NCBI GenBank assembly: GCA_020048935.1
Contig: JAIFLS010000029.1
Span: 1 to 51,553 of the forward strand
Length of the DNA: 51,553 nucleotides
Direction of reading: 5' to 3'
Source: a bacterium
GTDB taxonomy: Bacteria; Verrucomicrobiota; Kiritimatiellia; UBA8416
Shown here: piece after piece, positions 1 through 8,998 of the stretch
Layout: every line of letters starts with the position of its first letter
Position numbering within the stretch: position 1 is the stretch's first letter
Notes under the pieces: model-generated
Seen by the model: the letters and a program-made list of their open reading frames with translations, nothing else
Database searches by the model: none
Told to the model about the DNA's origin: nothing
Made by a program: the position numbers and the translations under genes

Positions 1-2936
1 AAGCCCAAGTTGATCGATGCGGTATAGGGGGAGGCCAGGGTACCGCCACCGCCATTCGTCGTGACCGTTTGCTCCAGCATGCTGACGAGCGAGGTATCGT
101 CGCTCGGCTCACGCCACAGCTTGACCTGGTAGTATTTCACCGTGTTGGTATCATCCGCCATGACCTTGACGTACAGGTCATTCCTACCAACGGGCAGGGC
201 GAGGGTATTGGTTCCCGTCAGTAGATTCGCCGTGAAGTTGGCGTTGGTGGTCAGTGTAAAGGTGGCGTGGGTTGCCACGGCAACATTCGCCAGCGCCAAG
301 GTGTTGGAACTGTTCGGTACCTCGACATCCCAGGCAATGGCCGATCCGGCCGAGTCGCCGTCGCCACCATTCGGGTTGCTGTCGTCAGCACCGAGCACGC
401 TGGTCAGCGTGGCATCCGTGCTCTGCGATACATTGATGGTGGCTACAGGATAGGTTCCACCGTTCATATCAAATGTTAATGGGACAGCACCCGACTGAGC
501 TTCCAGGTATGCCGATTTGATGGTGTATGTATTGCCGGAAACGGTATAGTTGGTGCCTCCGTTGGCTGGTACCGCATTGGTGCCATTCAGGATGCCCACA
601 AACGTACGTCCGTTGAGGGTGAGGTCGATAACGACATTTGTTGCGGAGCCGCGGGTGTAGCTGGCGGTGGCGGGGGAAACGCTGGCATTGCCGGCGATGA
701 TGGTCACCGTGCTTGTCGGCGAGACACCCGAGCTCATGTCAAACTCGATGGCGATAACCGAACCCGTTGCGAACTGTTCAAGGAATGCAGACTTGATGGT
801 GCAGACATTACCGTTCACTACGTAGGCGGCGGGGGTTGCAAGGGCGACATCGTTTGTCTTCAGTGCTACAAACGTCGTCCCGCGGGGGGTGATGGTGATC
901 GGCAAATCGGTACCGGCACCCAATGCATATTGCAGTGCGGTTGGCGAAACGGAGGGTTCGCCATTACCGGTCACAATATTAGCTGACGGATCTGTGCCGC
1001 CGCTGACATCAAAAGTGATTGCCACCGTTGATCCTGCGGCCAGCGTATTGAGGTAGCCGGCCAAGATCGTTACATTCGTGCCGCCACTGACCGTGTAATG
1101 TGCAGGCGTCTGAAGCGTCGTCACTCCATTCTTCACCGCCGAGAGCGTACGGCCGTTCAGCGTCAGCGAGAACGTGGCATTGTTTGTCGACAGAAGGTCA
1201 CGCGAGACCGACGACGGCGACACGGTTGCATCACCCGCTACAATATTGGCTGTACCAGTGGGCGATACGCCGCCATCCATGGTAAAGGTCAGGGCGCGTG
1301 CCCCAATCACCTGGGCATTGAGATAAGCAGGAAGAATAGTAAAGACGTTGCCAACGGCGGTGTAATGGGTCGTCAGCGTCAGGTTGGTCGTTCCATCATT
1401 AATCGCCTGGAAACCGCGGCCATACGGGGTGACGGTGAACGTGAGCGTATTGGTTGAGCCCATCAAGAAGGTTCCCGAGGTCGGCGATACGGTGGCATTG
1501 CCAGCCGCAATCGCGATGTCTGTGTCGGGATCAGTTCCGCCATCCATCTGGAAGGTCAGGGTGTTCGTTCCTGTGGATTGCGCATTGAGATACGCCGCCT
1601 TGAGTGTGTACACGTTGTTGGTCTCCGTGTAATCCGCAGGCGCTGAAAGTGAGGCTACGCCATCAAATAGATTGGTGACCGAACGCCCATTGGGTCTCAG
1701 GGTGAGCGCCATCGTATTGGTCGATCCGAGCGTGTGGCTCGTGTTCGTGGGGGTGACTAACGCATTGCCCTCGGTAATGGTTATGGTCGTCGCCGGATTG
1801 CTGCCGCCATTCATCTGGAAGGTAAGAATCTGTGCGCCAGCGGTTTGCTCCGTAAGGTAAGCGGCCTTGATCGTGTAGGTGCTGCCGGATAAGGTGTAGT
1901 TGTTCGTGGTGAGCGAGGCGGCCCCGTTGTGGATGTTCGTCACGCTGCGGCCATTCGCGGTCAGGGCGATGGCAACTTCATTGGTGGTGCCGAGGGTGTA
2001 GTTGGCGTTGGTTGGGGAAACGGTCGCGGTTCCGGCGGAGATAACGATGCCAGCAGTAGGATCGGTGCCACCACTCATATCGAACGTAAGTGTATTGGTT
2101 CCGGTAGAGAGTGTATTGAGGTAGCTGGCCAGGATGGTGTAGTTTGTGGTGTTCGCGACAGAATAATCATTGGTGCTCAGCGGGGATGTTCCACGCTTGA
2201 TCGCCGTCAGCGTACGACCGTTGGGCGTCAACGAGAGTGCTACCGTATTTGTCGTTCCGCGCGTATAGGTGCCGCTTGCTGGCGATAGGGTCGCGGTTCC
2301 AGCGGATACCACGATGTCGTAATCTGGATCGGTGCCGCCATTCATCTGGAAGGTCAGCGTGTTGGTGCCGGTGCTCAATGTATTGAGGTACGCCGCCTTG
2401 ATGGTGTACACGTTGTTGGTTGCCGTGTAGTCCGCAGGGGAAGAAAGTGAGTTAGTACCATCATACAGGTTGGTGACGGAACGTCCATAGGGTGTCAGCG
2501 TGATCGTGACCGTGTTGGTCGTGCCGAGTGTACGGCTGGACGAAGCGGGCGTAACGGTGGCGCTCCCGGCGGCAATAGTGACATCGCAGGTCGGGCTGAT
2601 CCCGTTGGTCATCCCGAAGACCAAGTCAAGGGAGCCAACCGCTTGCGCATTCAGGAAACTGGCCAGTACCGTGAAGTTGGTACTGCCTGTCACTGTATAA
2701 TGCGTGGTGGCCACTAGACTGGTCACCGTCCCATCACTGGTAAGTGCACTGAACGTGCCGTTATCCTGGGTTAACGTTAGTGCCAGCGTGTTGGTTGTAC
2801 CCAACGTATGGGTGGCATTGGTGGGGGCAATGGCATTCGCCGCCTCCACATAGGCTGGAATAACCGCCATGGTGGCTAGTGCCAGCAAGACGGACAAATA
2901 CTTGGATACAGCTGTCGTCCATGTTCTTCTCATCAT
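1..2936 (-). CDS. Partial (C-terminus runs off the window) secreted surface protein with 9 tandem ~88-aa CBM_X2-like repeats followed by a cadherin-like beta-sandwich domain
   Basis: The open frame on the minus strand starts at ATGATG (2931-2936) and reaches position 1 without a stop; it is missing from the ORF track because it is open-ended. The N-terminus MMRRTWTTAVSKYLSVLLALATMAVIPAYVEA looks like a signal peptide. The repeated unit is ..TVSP....YTLG.TN...LTLT.NGR....I.NG...L....YTVSG..YTIKAAYLN.L.TGTNTLTF.M.GG..P. The distal part DATLTSVLG...YYQVKLWR is cadherin-like. Confidence 0.75.
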   Translation of the reverse strand, partial: MMRRTWTTAVSKYLSVLLALATMAVIPAYVEAANAIAPTNATHTLGTTNTLALTLTQDNGTFSALTSDGTVTSLVATTHYTVTGSTNFTVLASFLNAQAVGSLDLVFGMTNGISPTCDVTIAAGSATVTPASSSRTLGTTNTVTITLTPYGRSVTNLYDGTNSLSSPADYTATNNVYTIKAAYLNTLSTGTNTLTFQMNGGTDPDYDIVVSAGTATLSPASGTYTRGTTNTVALSLTPNGRTLTAIKRGTSPLSTNDYSVANTTNYTILASYLNTLSTGTNTLTFDMSGGTDPTAGIVISAGTATVSPTNANYTLGTTNEVAIALTANGRSVTNIHNGAASLTTNNYTLSGSTYTIKAAYLTEQTAGAQILTFQMNGGSNPATTITITEGNALVTPTNTSHTLGSTNTMALTLRPNGRSVTNLFDGVASLSAPADYTETNNVYTLKAAYLNAQSTGTNTLTFQMDGGTDPDTDIAIAAGNATVSPTSGTFLMGSTNTLTFTVTPYGRGFQAINDGTTNLTLTTHYTAVGNVFTILPAYLNAQVIGARALTFTMDGGVSPTGTANIVAGDATVSPSSVSRDLLSTNNATFSLTLNGRTLSAVKNGVTTLQTPAHYTVSGGTNVTILAGYLNTLAAGSTVAITFDVSGGTDPSANIVTGNGEPSVSPTALQYALGAGTDLPITITPRGTTFVALKTNDVALATPAAYVVNGNVCTIKSAFLEQFATGSVIAIEFDMSSGVSPTSTVTIIAGNASVSPATASYTRGSATNVVIDLTLNGRTFVGILNGTNAVPANGGTNYTVSGNTYTIKSAYLEAQSGAVPLTFDMNGGTYPVATINVSQSTDATLTSVLGADDSNPNGGDGDSAGSAIAWDVEVPNSSNTLALANVAVATHATFTLTTNANFTANLLTGTNTLALPVGRNDLYVKVMADDTNTVKYYQVKLWREPSDDTSLVSMLEQTVTTNGGGGTLASPYTASINLG

Positions 2937-3061
2937 TTCTCTCCTTGTTTAGTTGCAATAAAAAAGTGCGCAATGGTTCTTGGGGCCGATGATAGCAGGA
3001 TTGCTGCCATGCGCTCGGCGGCAACGATTGCCGGTAGCGGCGTTTAAACTACCGGCATTCA

Positions 3062-4075
3062 TTATTCCGCGAGCGGGCTGGGCCGTGTCCAGACGTTGTT
3101 GACGGGCGGGTTACGCAGCATCACCATATAGCCCTGAGCGGGCTTGATCTGGAAGCCGACGGCTTCGGATTCGCCTTGATACCACTTGCCGTCCTCCGAG
3201 TTGCGGAATACCGGCGCGCTCCAGGCCCCTTGCCAGGCGAACAGGTTATCAGCTTCCGGAGCTACGCTAGCGCTCTGGAACACATCGGCCAAGCCGGAAG
3301 TGCCGAGCTGCTCGCTGATGCAGGTCGCGCCACCGACCAGATGTAGTCCTGCTTCGAAGACCATGGCGTGGGCATTGCGGCTGACATCGCCGACCAGACG
3401 CAGGCTGATCGGGGCTTCGCCGCGGATCTTGAGATTTACGGCCTCGTCGCGGCTAATCACGATGTCATCGGCGAGCTGGCCATTGCAATACCAGTGGCCC
3501 GCAATGCGGCCATCTTCAGGACGATCAATCGTGTTGACATAAATGGGTGCGCTCCATGAAATACCCGTCCAGCGGAGGATGGAGTCGGCATTGCGATGGG
3601 AGGTCCCGCCCGCTAGCAGGGTCGCACCCGGCTCGCCGAAGAGGTCACGGACGCGGTTGGCCGGAATGAGCTTGAAGCCGGCGCCAGCCAGATCCCCGGC
3701 GGCAAGTTCTGCCGCTTTACGGTCGGCCAGGGTCACGGTGTCGCCGTCAATGGAGTCGATGAAGAAATACCAGCCCTCGAAAGGGCCATCGGTTATTTCG
3801 ATATATAAAGTGCTTTCACCCGGCTCGTTGAGCTCGGATTTCCATACCCAGCCCTCGGGGGCGGCGGTAATGACGCCTTCCGCGTTAGCCACGATGCGTC
3901 CTGTCGCCAAGGTGGGTTTCTGATACGGGAATGCCACGAAGCTGTCCCCGGGTTGGATCGTCATGTTGAATATGCCGACCACGTTGTCGCTTGTCTGGCC
4001 TGACACGAGTCCTGCGCAAAGCAGGAGAATGCCAAGCAGTCCTAATCCGATTCGATTGATTCCAAACGCCTTCAT
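3062..4075 (-). CDS. Hypothetical exported protein
   Basis: 337-aa ORF with signal peptide MKAFGINRIGLGLLGILLLCAGLVSGQ and a GGAGG-type RBS (ggaggaaagaaaATG). No motif recognised. Confidence 0.7.
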   Translation of the reverse strand: MKAFGINRIGLGLLGILLLCAGLVSGQTSDNVVGIFNMTIQPGDSFVAFPYQKPTLATGRIVANAEGVITAAPEGWVWKSELNEPGESTLYIEITDGPFEGWYFFIDSIDGDTVTLADRKAAELAAGDLAGAGFKLIPANRVRDLFGEPGATLLAGGTSHRNADSILRWTGISWSAPIYVNTIDRPEDGRIAGHWYCNGQLADDIVISRDEAVNLKIRGEAPISLRLVGDVSRNAHAMVFEAGLHLVGGATCISEQLGTSGLADVFQSASVAPEADNLFAWQGAWSAPVFRNSEDGKWYQGESEAVGFQIKPAQGYMVMLRNPPVNNVWTRPSPLAE

Positions 4076-4527
4076 TTTCTTTCCTCCATGAATAACACTA
4101 TCCCTTACCTCGCCGTATCAACTCCCTGTTTCAACAGCATCCTTTCTTTCCGGTCCCGGCTTTGTTGCCTGCTCCTCCTTTCGTCATGCGCTACATTTTT
4201 AACCAAAGGGCCAGCATTCTTCCAGTGGCTGGTCTCTGGACATCGTGTTTGCATGTTCGACAATATAGGGGATGTGCTTAAATGAAATTCATGCGAGGGG
4301 AGAAATCCGCGCAAACGCTATCGGGGACGGGGCAAGGATAGTGGCATTTTTTTCCGTTTTGGGTTGTTTTTGATGTGATTGCGGGCCGAAAATGCATCGT
4401 GGGGTGCCGCGACCTAAAGTAATGCGCTTGTAGCTGGGGCGGTGACCCCGGAGGGTGCATGGGCTAGCGACCGGGAGAGAGGCTGCGCCATGCGCCTTCT
4501 CGTGGGCACCGGGGTCACCGACCCCGG

Positions 4528-4577
4528 CTACAAAGCTTTTCCTGCTACAAAGCTTTTCTGCTACAAAGCTTTTCCGG
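4528..4577. repeat. Three tandem 16-17 bp repeats CTACAAAGCTTTTC(C)TG, each with the palindromic core AAAGCTTT
   Basis: Read directly: units at 4528-4544, 4545-4560 and 4561-4577. An 8-bp GC hairpin ccggggtc/gaccccgg sits immediately upstream at 4509-4527. Confidence 0.9.
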
Positions 4578-4603
4578 CCCACGGCTTTAGCGGCTCCACG
4601 GTT

Positions 4604-5659
4604 TTACGGTGCGACGGCGTGGATGCGCAGGAAATAGGGAGTTGCCGGTGGTGGGGATTCCTGCGACCAGGTGTTGGTACCGGTGCCGGTTATGCTCCAG
4701 GTGCCGCCGGTAACCGCCGACCAGCTTGACGCCGTGATGCCGTTGGTGGCGACATAAAGATGCCAGAGCGTATTGGTGGCACCGCCTTTGGCACCGAGCC
4801 AAGTCAATTCCGTGGTCCAGTTGGTGGGGCCGGGACTGATATTCAGGTCGATAATGCGCAGATAGGATTCAGGGTCAGTGGGATCGGTGCCGGCAATGTA
4901 TTCCGCGCGGTTGAGGATGCCGTTGGTGTCGGAATCGTAGCCATCGGCGTCGTCCCAGGTGTCGCCGGGTGCGAGTTCGATGCCATGATCCACGAACCAG
5001 CGCATGGGCGTGCCTTTCGTCGTGAGCAGGGCGCGTGGCATGCTTCGCCAACCGGCGATGCCGTTGGTTTTGGCGGAGCCGAGGTTGGCGGCAATACCAT
5101 AGTCGAGGGGGGCATCAATGTTTTGCGGAAACGTTGGGAAAACCGCCTCCGGCCCCGTTATCCAATCGCCGTTGTTGCGGTAAATAATCCCCGCCTCGGT
5201 GGCCGTCGTATTAGAGGTGGTATTGAACCATCGGAAATAGAACGGTGTTTCGGAAAGTATGGCTCCTGCTGAATTGGTCATCGCACTACTGAAGTCAAGG
5301 TGCGGATTGTCAATTTTCCAACCGTAATTTCCAATAACGATATCATCATCGGCACCATAATCAGCCGAAATGGGATGTTCTGCACCAATGGCCCATCCCG
5401 TCAAACCTGAACCTGCCGTCAGTAAGGCCGCAAAATCGGTATTATTTCCGGGATCCGCTATGAGCTGGAAGAGATGAGCCGCTTGTCCGGTGATGTCTTG
5501 GCCTGAAACGCGGAATAAACGTGTTGTCTGGCCGGAATAATCGGAATCGATGTACCAGTCAACGGTGTCCGCAGAAGATTGTCCTAATGCGTATCCCCCC
5601 AGGAGCATAAGCAGGCTGATGGAAAATCGCATGATTCTTCTTGTTGTTGTACGTTTCAT
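4604..5659 (-). CDS. Hypothetical exported protein with a thrombospondin-type-3-like acidic Ca-binding motif
   Basis: 351-aa ORF with signal peptide MRFSISLLMLLGGYALGQ. Contains the motif DTWDDADGYDSDTNGILNRAEYIAGTDPTDPES. Confidence 0.7.
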   Translation of the reverse strand: MKRTTTRRIMRFSISLLMLLGGYALGQSSADTVDWYIDSDYSGQTTRLFRVSGQDITGQAAHLFQLIADPGNNTDFAALLTAGSGLTGWAIGAEHPISADYGADDDIVIGNYGWKIDNPHLDFSSAMTNSAGAILSETPFYFRWFNTTSNTTATEAGIIYRNNGDWITGPEAVFPTFPQNIDAPLDYGIAANLGSAKTNGIAGWRSMPRALLTTKGTPMRWFVDHGIELAPGDTWDDADGYDSDTNGILNRAEYIAGTDPTDPESYLRIIDLNISPGPTNWTTELTWLGAKGGATNTLWHLYVATNGITASSWSAVTGGTWSITGTGTNTWSQESPPPATPYFLRIHAVAP

Positions 5660-5671
5660 AAATAATGATCC

Positions 5672-6706
5672 TTAGGGGGGGGCGATGAGCGTGGTGCCGT
5701 CGTTGGATCCCCATATTGAGTAGTAGTGCGTGATATAGGGGGGGGTGTTGGTGTGGAGCATCGCCTGATTGGTTCCCTGGTAGACGAGGGTGCCGTCGTT
5801 GGTGGTGGCGGGATAGGTGTTGGTGCTGAAACGCAAATGAGCCAGGTCGCTTTCGAAACCGATCGTGGTCGGCTGCGCCCACCGTAATGATACGCGATTA
5901 TCAAGCGCGGTGGCCCGCAGGTTGATATCGCCGTAGACGGTGTCGCGGAAGGCGGCGACGGTTGCGGCTGTGTTACGAATCGTGCGGGCGTTGTCGCGCT
6001 GGTCGGCAATGCCGGTGGCAACGGAGTTGAAATTTACGCTTGGATTTGAGAAGTAGCCGATACGTGTACCGGGGGCGTATGCCATGATGGTGCGGTATTG
6101 CACGCTGTTTGCCCAGAAACGGTGTCCGTAGGAATAGGCGTAGGCTGCGCTGCTGGTAGCGCTGTCTGGATCATGGTTGCAGCCCAGATTATGGCCGACT
6201 TCATGGACGAACGTGAACTGGGTTGCATAATCCTGCCGGGTTACGGAAAAGGCCCAGTTCGCGAATATACTACTGTTTGTGTTCATCACGTAGCCCATGC
6301 CTGAATAGCCGCCGGTGTCTGTGCGCCCGGTAAAGAGGGTTACGACATCGGCACCGTATTGGTCGCGCAGGGTGTGTGCGCTATCCATGTGACCGTCCGT
6401 CGTGCCCTTCAGCCGTTCGAGCTCGGTTTGTAGGTTTCCTGTTTCTGCATAGGCGATTTCAGCAAGATGCACCAGTCGTAACACTGCCTGCGCCTGGCTG
6501 GTGCTCAAGGAAAGGTTGGCTTGGGATATGGCGGCATCGATTCTTGAAATGATGCCCGATTGTCCACCGGCGGCTGTGCGGGCTTCGGCGGTGTAGACGG
6601 CCAGCACATCAATCGTCTGGGCCAGAATGGGGTCATCAATGTGGCATAGCGAGGCGAGTAATGCGCTGAAAATCAGCTTTATGCGTATCGGGTTGCGTGC
6701 TCTCAT
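5672..6706 (-). CDS. Reprolysin-like (M12B-type) zinc metalloprotease with a C-terminal FN3-like domain
   Basis: Zn-binding motif FVHEVGHNLGCNHD (HExxHxxGxxHD). N-terminal signal-like segment IRIKLIFSALLASLC. The C-terminal ~80 aa are shared with the 16268..20062 protein. Confidence 0.85.
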   Translation of the reverse strand: MRARNPIRIKLIFSALLASLCHIDDPILAQTIDVLAVYTAEARTAAGGQSGIISRIDAAISQANLSLSTSQAQAVLRLVHLAEIAYAETGNLQTELERLKGTTDGHMDSAHTLRDQYGADVVTLFTGRTDTGGYSGMGYVMNTNSSIFANWAFSVTRQDYATQFTFVHEVGHNLGCNHDPDSATSSAAYAYSYGHRFWANSVQYRTIMAYAPGTRIGYFSNPSVNFNSVATGIADQRDNARTIRNTAATVAAFRDTVYGDINLRATALDNRVSLRWAQPTTIGFESDLAHLRFSTNTYPATTNDGTLVYQGTNQAMLHTNTPPYITHYYSIWGSNDGTTLIAPP

Positions 6707-7326
6707 CAGAGACCCCCGTTGGCAGAGGCAGTCAAATTCGGAATCAGCGGCGGGGCATTCGGTAGCAGCCGGTCGTCGTCGATTTCCAACAGGAAATACC
6801 GGTTATCGCCGGCATACGCGATCTCAAAATGACCGTCGCCGGGCACATGTGCCGAGGCGGTGATGGCGTCGTCGCAATAGCTGACGATAACCTGACTACA
6901 GGGGACCCCCTCAACATGGCCGGAGAAGACGCCCCGCTGCGGATTGTGTCGTTGATGCCGGTCGATAATCACCGGGAGCGTGCGGCCGTTTACGATCGGG
7001 AGCGTAAGTCGCTCGACGGGCGATCCAGATAGGTTCATTGCCAGCAGTGCAGGAATCGGCGTCAATGTGACCTGTGCACTCGTGCGCGCATGCGGGAAGC
7101 TTGCGGGGCCGGCTGACGGGCGAACGGCTTCGCGTGGCACGAGCTTGATTGTGACGCGCTCGTGATCTACCGGCGTAGCGGGTGCCTGCGCGGGGGTGGG
7201 GGGCGTGGTTCGAGCCGGGACTTCAGGGCAGACAGGTGCCGGACGCATTGAGAGCGTGGCGTTTATGCCCGCAGCCAATGCCGCCAGTAACAGCATCAGC
7301 ATCACGAAATAATCAGCTAATCTCAT
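6706..7326 (-). CDS. Membrane-anchored Pro-rich protein whose C-terminal half resembles the N-terminal pre-domain of bacterial reprolysin-like proteases
   Basis: N-terminal TM segment YFVMLMLLLAALAAGI, then a PAPV..PPTPAQAPATP linker, then ..FSGHVEGVPCSQVIVSYCDDAITASAHVPGDGHFEIAYAGDNRYFLLEID. Its stop shares 1 nt with the protease start (TGATG). Confidence 0.6.
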   Translation of the reverse strand: MRLADYFVMLMLLLAALAAGINATLSMRPAPVCPEVPARTTPPTPAQAPATPVDHERVTIKLVPREAVRPSAGPASFPHARTSAQVTLTPIPALLAMNLSGSPVERLTLPIVNGRTLPVIIDRHQRHNPQRGVFSGHVEGVPCSQVIVSYCDDAITASAHVPGDGHFEIAYAGDNRYFLLEIDDDRLLPNAPPLIPNLTASANGGL

Positions 7327-7370
7327 GTAATGGCGTCAGTAAGCAGAGGCTGTGCCACGGATTGGCAGAA

Positions 7371-8846
7371 TCAGCTTATCTGTTCGAAAGAGAGCCCCAC
7401 ATGACCGGCGATGGCACTCATCCACAGGCAGTCATCCGCATTGAATGGCGGGTCTTTAATGCTGCGGCCAATCATGAATTGCCCGATCGGCCGCGAGTTA
7501 GCCAGGATCGGTACGAGGATCACGCTGGCAACACCCAGTTCGCGCAATACCACATCGTCGCCATAAACATGTTGCTGGTTCTTGAGGGAGTAGATCGTGG
7601 CATCACGTCCTGCGAGATTTTTCGCGGCCATGCAGGTTCCGGATTCAATCAGAACCCGGCAACGGCTGGCGGAGATGCCGGGGCGGCGACCCGCATAGAG
7701 TCGTCCTTGCAGATGTTGACGGGTTCGGTCGATAAAGGCGGCAACCACGCATTCGCTTGGAATACATCGGAAAATCCCCTCTTGCGCGATCATCAGGATG
7801 TCGTTGAAGGCATAGCGGTCGCGAATGGCCAGCATCAGCTCCGATAAAAAATGGGCCATCTGTAGTTGCACATCAACCGGGTTCGGCTTCGGAGGGGCTT
7901 TCTGCAGGCTGCTGGTCAGGCTGTTTGCCACATCCGATGAGCTGACTTTCCCCCATTCGGCGATACGCGTCATCATGACCATGTCTTCGGTCGAGAGGTT
8001 GAAGAATTCGGCCATATTCGGGTCGCCTTCCGCCGCGCTACCGACGAATTCAGGCAACGACAGATTCGGTTTCTTGAGGAATTCGCGAATCGAATCGGTG
8101 GCGGCACCCACGATTTGCTTGCTTGAAGGGGTGTTGCCGAAAATCAGGTCGGAAACCGTGATCGCCAGTTGAATGGCACTATTGCGTTTTTCTCGCACGT
8201 CCGCGGACAAATGGGTGTCCGTGGTGTCGGTCAGGTTCCAGTATGTGGAAATCGCGTTTGAAATATCCGAAAACCGGACGCCGAAGACCTCTTCGCATGC
8301 GTTCTCGATGTTAACTTTCTTTTCGTTGATACGCAGTTCCATGTCGTGGTAAAGCTCGGGGAATCCATGCGCGAGAACAAGCCTGGGGATCTGCTGCATC
8401 AAGCCGGTCACAAAAAGCTCCTCAGGCGTCTCGTCCTTGGCGGCATGGGCCAGGTACATCGCCAGGTTGGCCGTGCTATAGGCGCACACCAGCAGCCGGT
8501 AGAGGTCTTTCTGTTGGGTGTCTCCGGAATGCTTGTTGAAAATCGACAGCCCCATCGCCAACTGGTGAATGCGCTCGAATCCGAACAGAACGACCGCCGA
8601 GGAAATGGTGCGTACAGGGTTTCTCGGACGGTAGCCTGCGGAGTTGGCAATCGCGATGAGTCTCGAGGTCAAGGCGGCGTCGCGCATGATAACTGCCGTC
8701 AGGTCCGCTGCCGATGTGTTCTTGCCGAGTGTCATGCGATTTAGCGCCTGCACGTTTTCGTCAAGTGCAGGAATGCTGTCATCCTGGCGCAGGCGCTGGA
8801 CAATCTCGTCCGCACTTGTGAAGGGCTTTGCCGTTTTTTCAGTCAT
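7371..8846 (-). CDS. HDOD domain plus GAF domain signalling protein
   Basis: HDOD-like N-terminus (LPALDENVQALNRM...AADLTAVIMRDAALTSRLIAIANSAGY...VRTISSAVVLFGFERI). GAF-like C-terminus (..ASVILVPILANSRPIGQFMIGRS..). Confidence 0.8.
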   Translation of the reverse strand: MTEKTAKPFTSADEIVQRLRQDDSIPALDENVQALNRMTLGKNTSAADLTAVIMRDAALTSRLIAIANSAGYRPRNPVRTISSAVVLFGFERIHQLAMGLSIFNKHSGDTQQKDLYRLLVCAYSTANLAMYLAHAAKDETPEELFVTGLMQQIPRLVLAHGFPELYHDMELRINEKKVNIENACEEVFGVRFSDISNAISTYWNLTDTTDTHLSADVREKRNSAIQLAITVSDLIFGNTPSSKQIVGAATDSIREFLKKPNLSLPEFVGSAAEGDPNMAEFFNLSTEDMVMMTRIAEWGKVSSSDVANSLTSSLQKAPPKPNPVDVQLQMAHFLSELMLAIRDRYAFNDILMIAQEGIFRCIPSECVVAAFIDRTRQHLQGRLYAGRRPGISASRCRVLIESGTCMAAKNLAGRDATIYSLKNQQHVYGDDVVLRELGVASVILVPILANSRPIGQFMIGRSIKDPPFNADDCLWMSAIAGHVGLSFEQIS

Positions 8847-8998
8847 AGCTGCTTATACTGCCGTGTTATCGCTTGGAATTCAATAAAGGTTTTTTCAATT
8901 GTTCGCCATATTCAATGGCATCCATCCTGCTTGACAGGCGTCTTGTCTGCAGGTGGATTAAGCAAGCGGGACATGTCGTCTTGCAGGAGGATCATGTT

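Noticed and set aside
8873-8998. N-terminal extensions offered by the ORF track for pseB (8873), the fibre gene (11998), 15677, 29522, 30490, 32025, 40501/40580, 45192 and 49874
   Set aside because: In each case an internal start with a good Shine-Dalgarno and/or a signal peptide or lipobox directly after it, or the alignment with family N-termini, fits better. The extensions have atypical composition.
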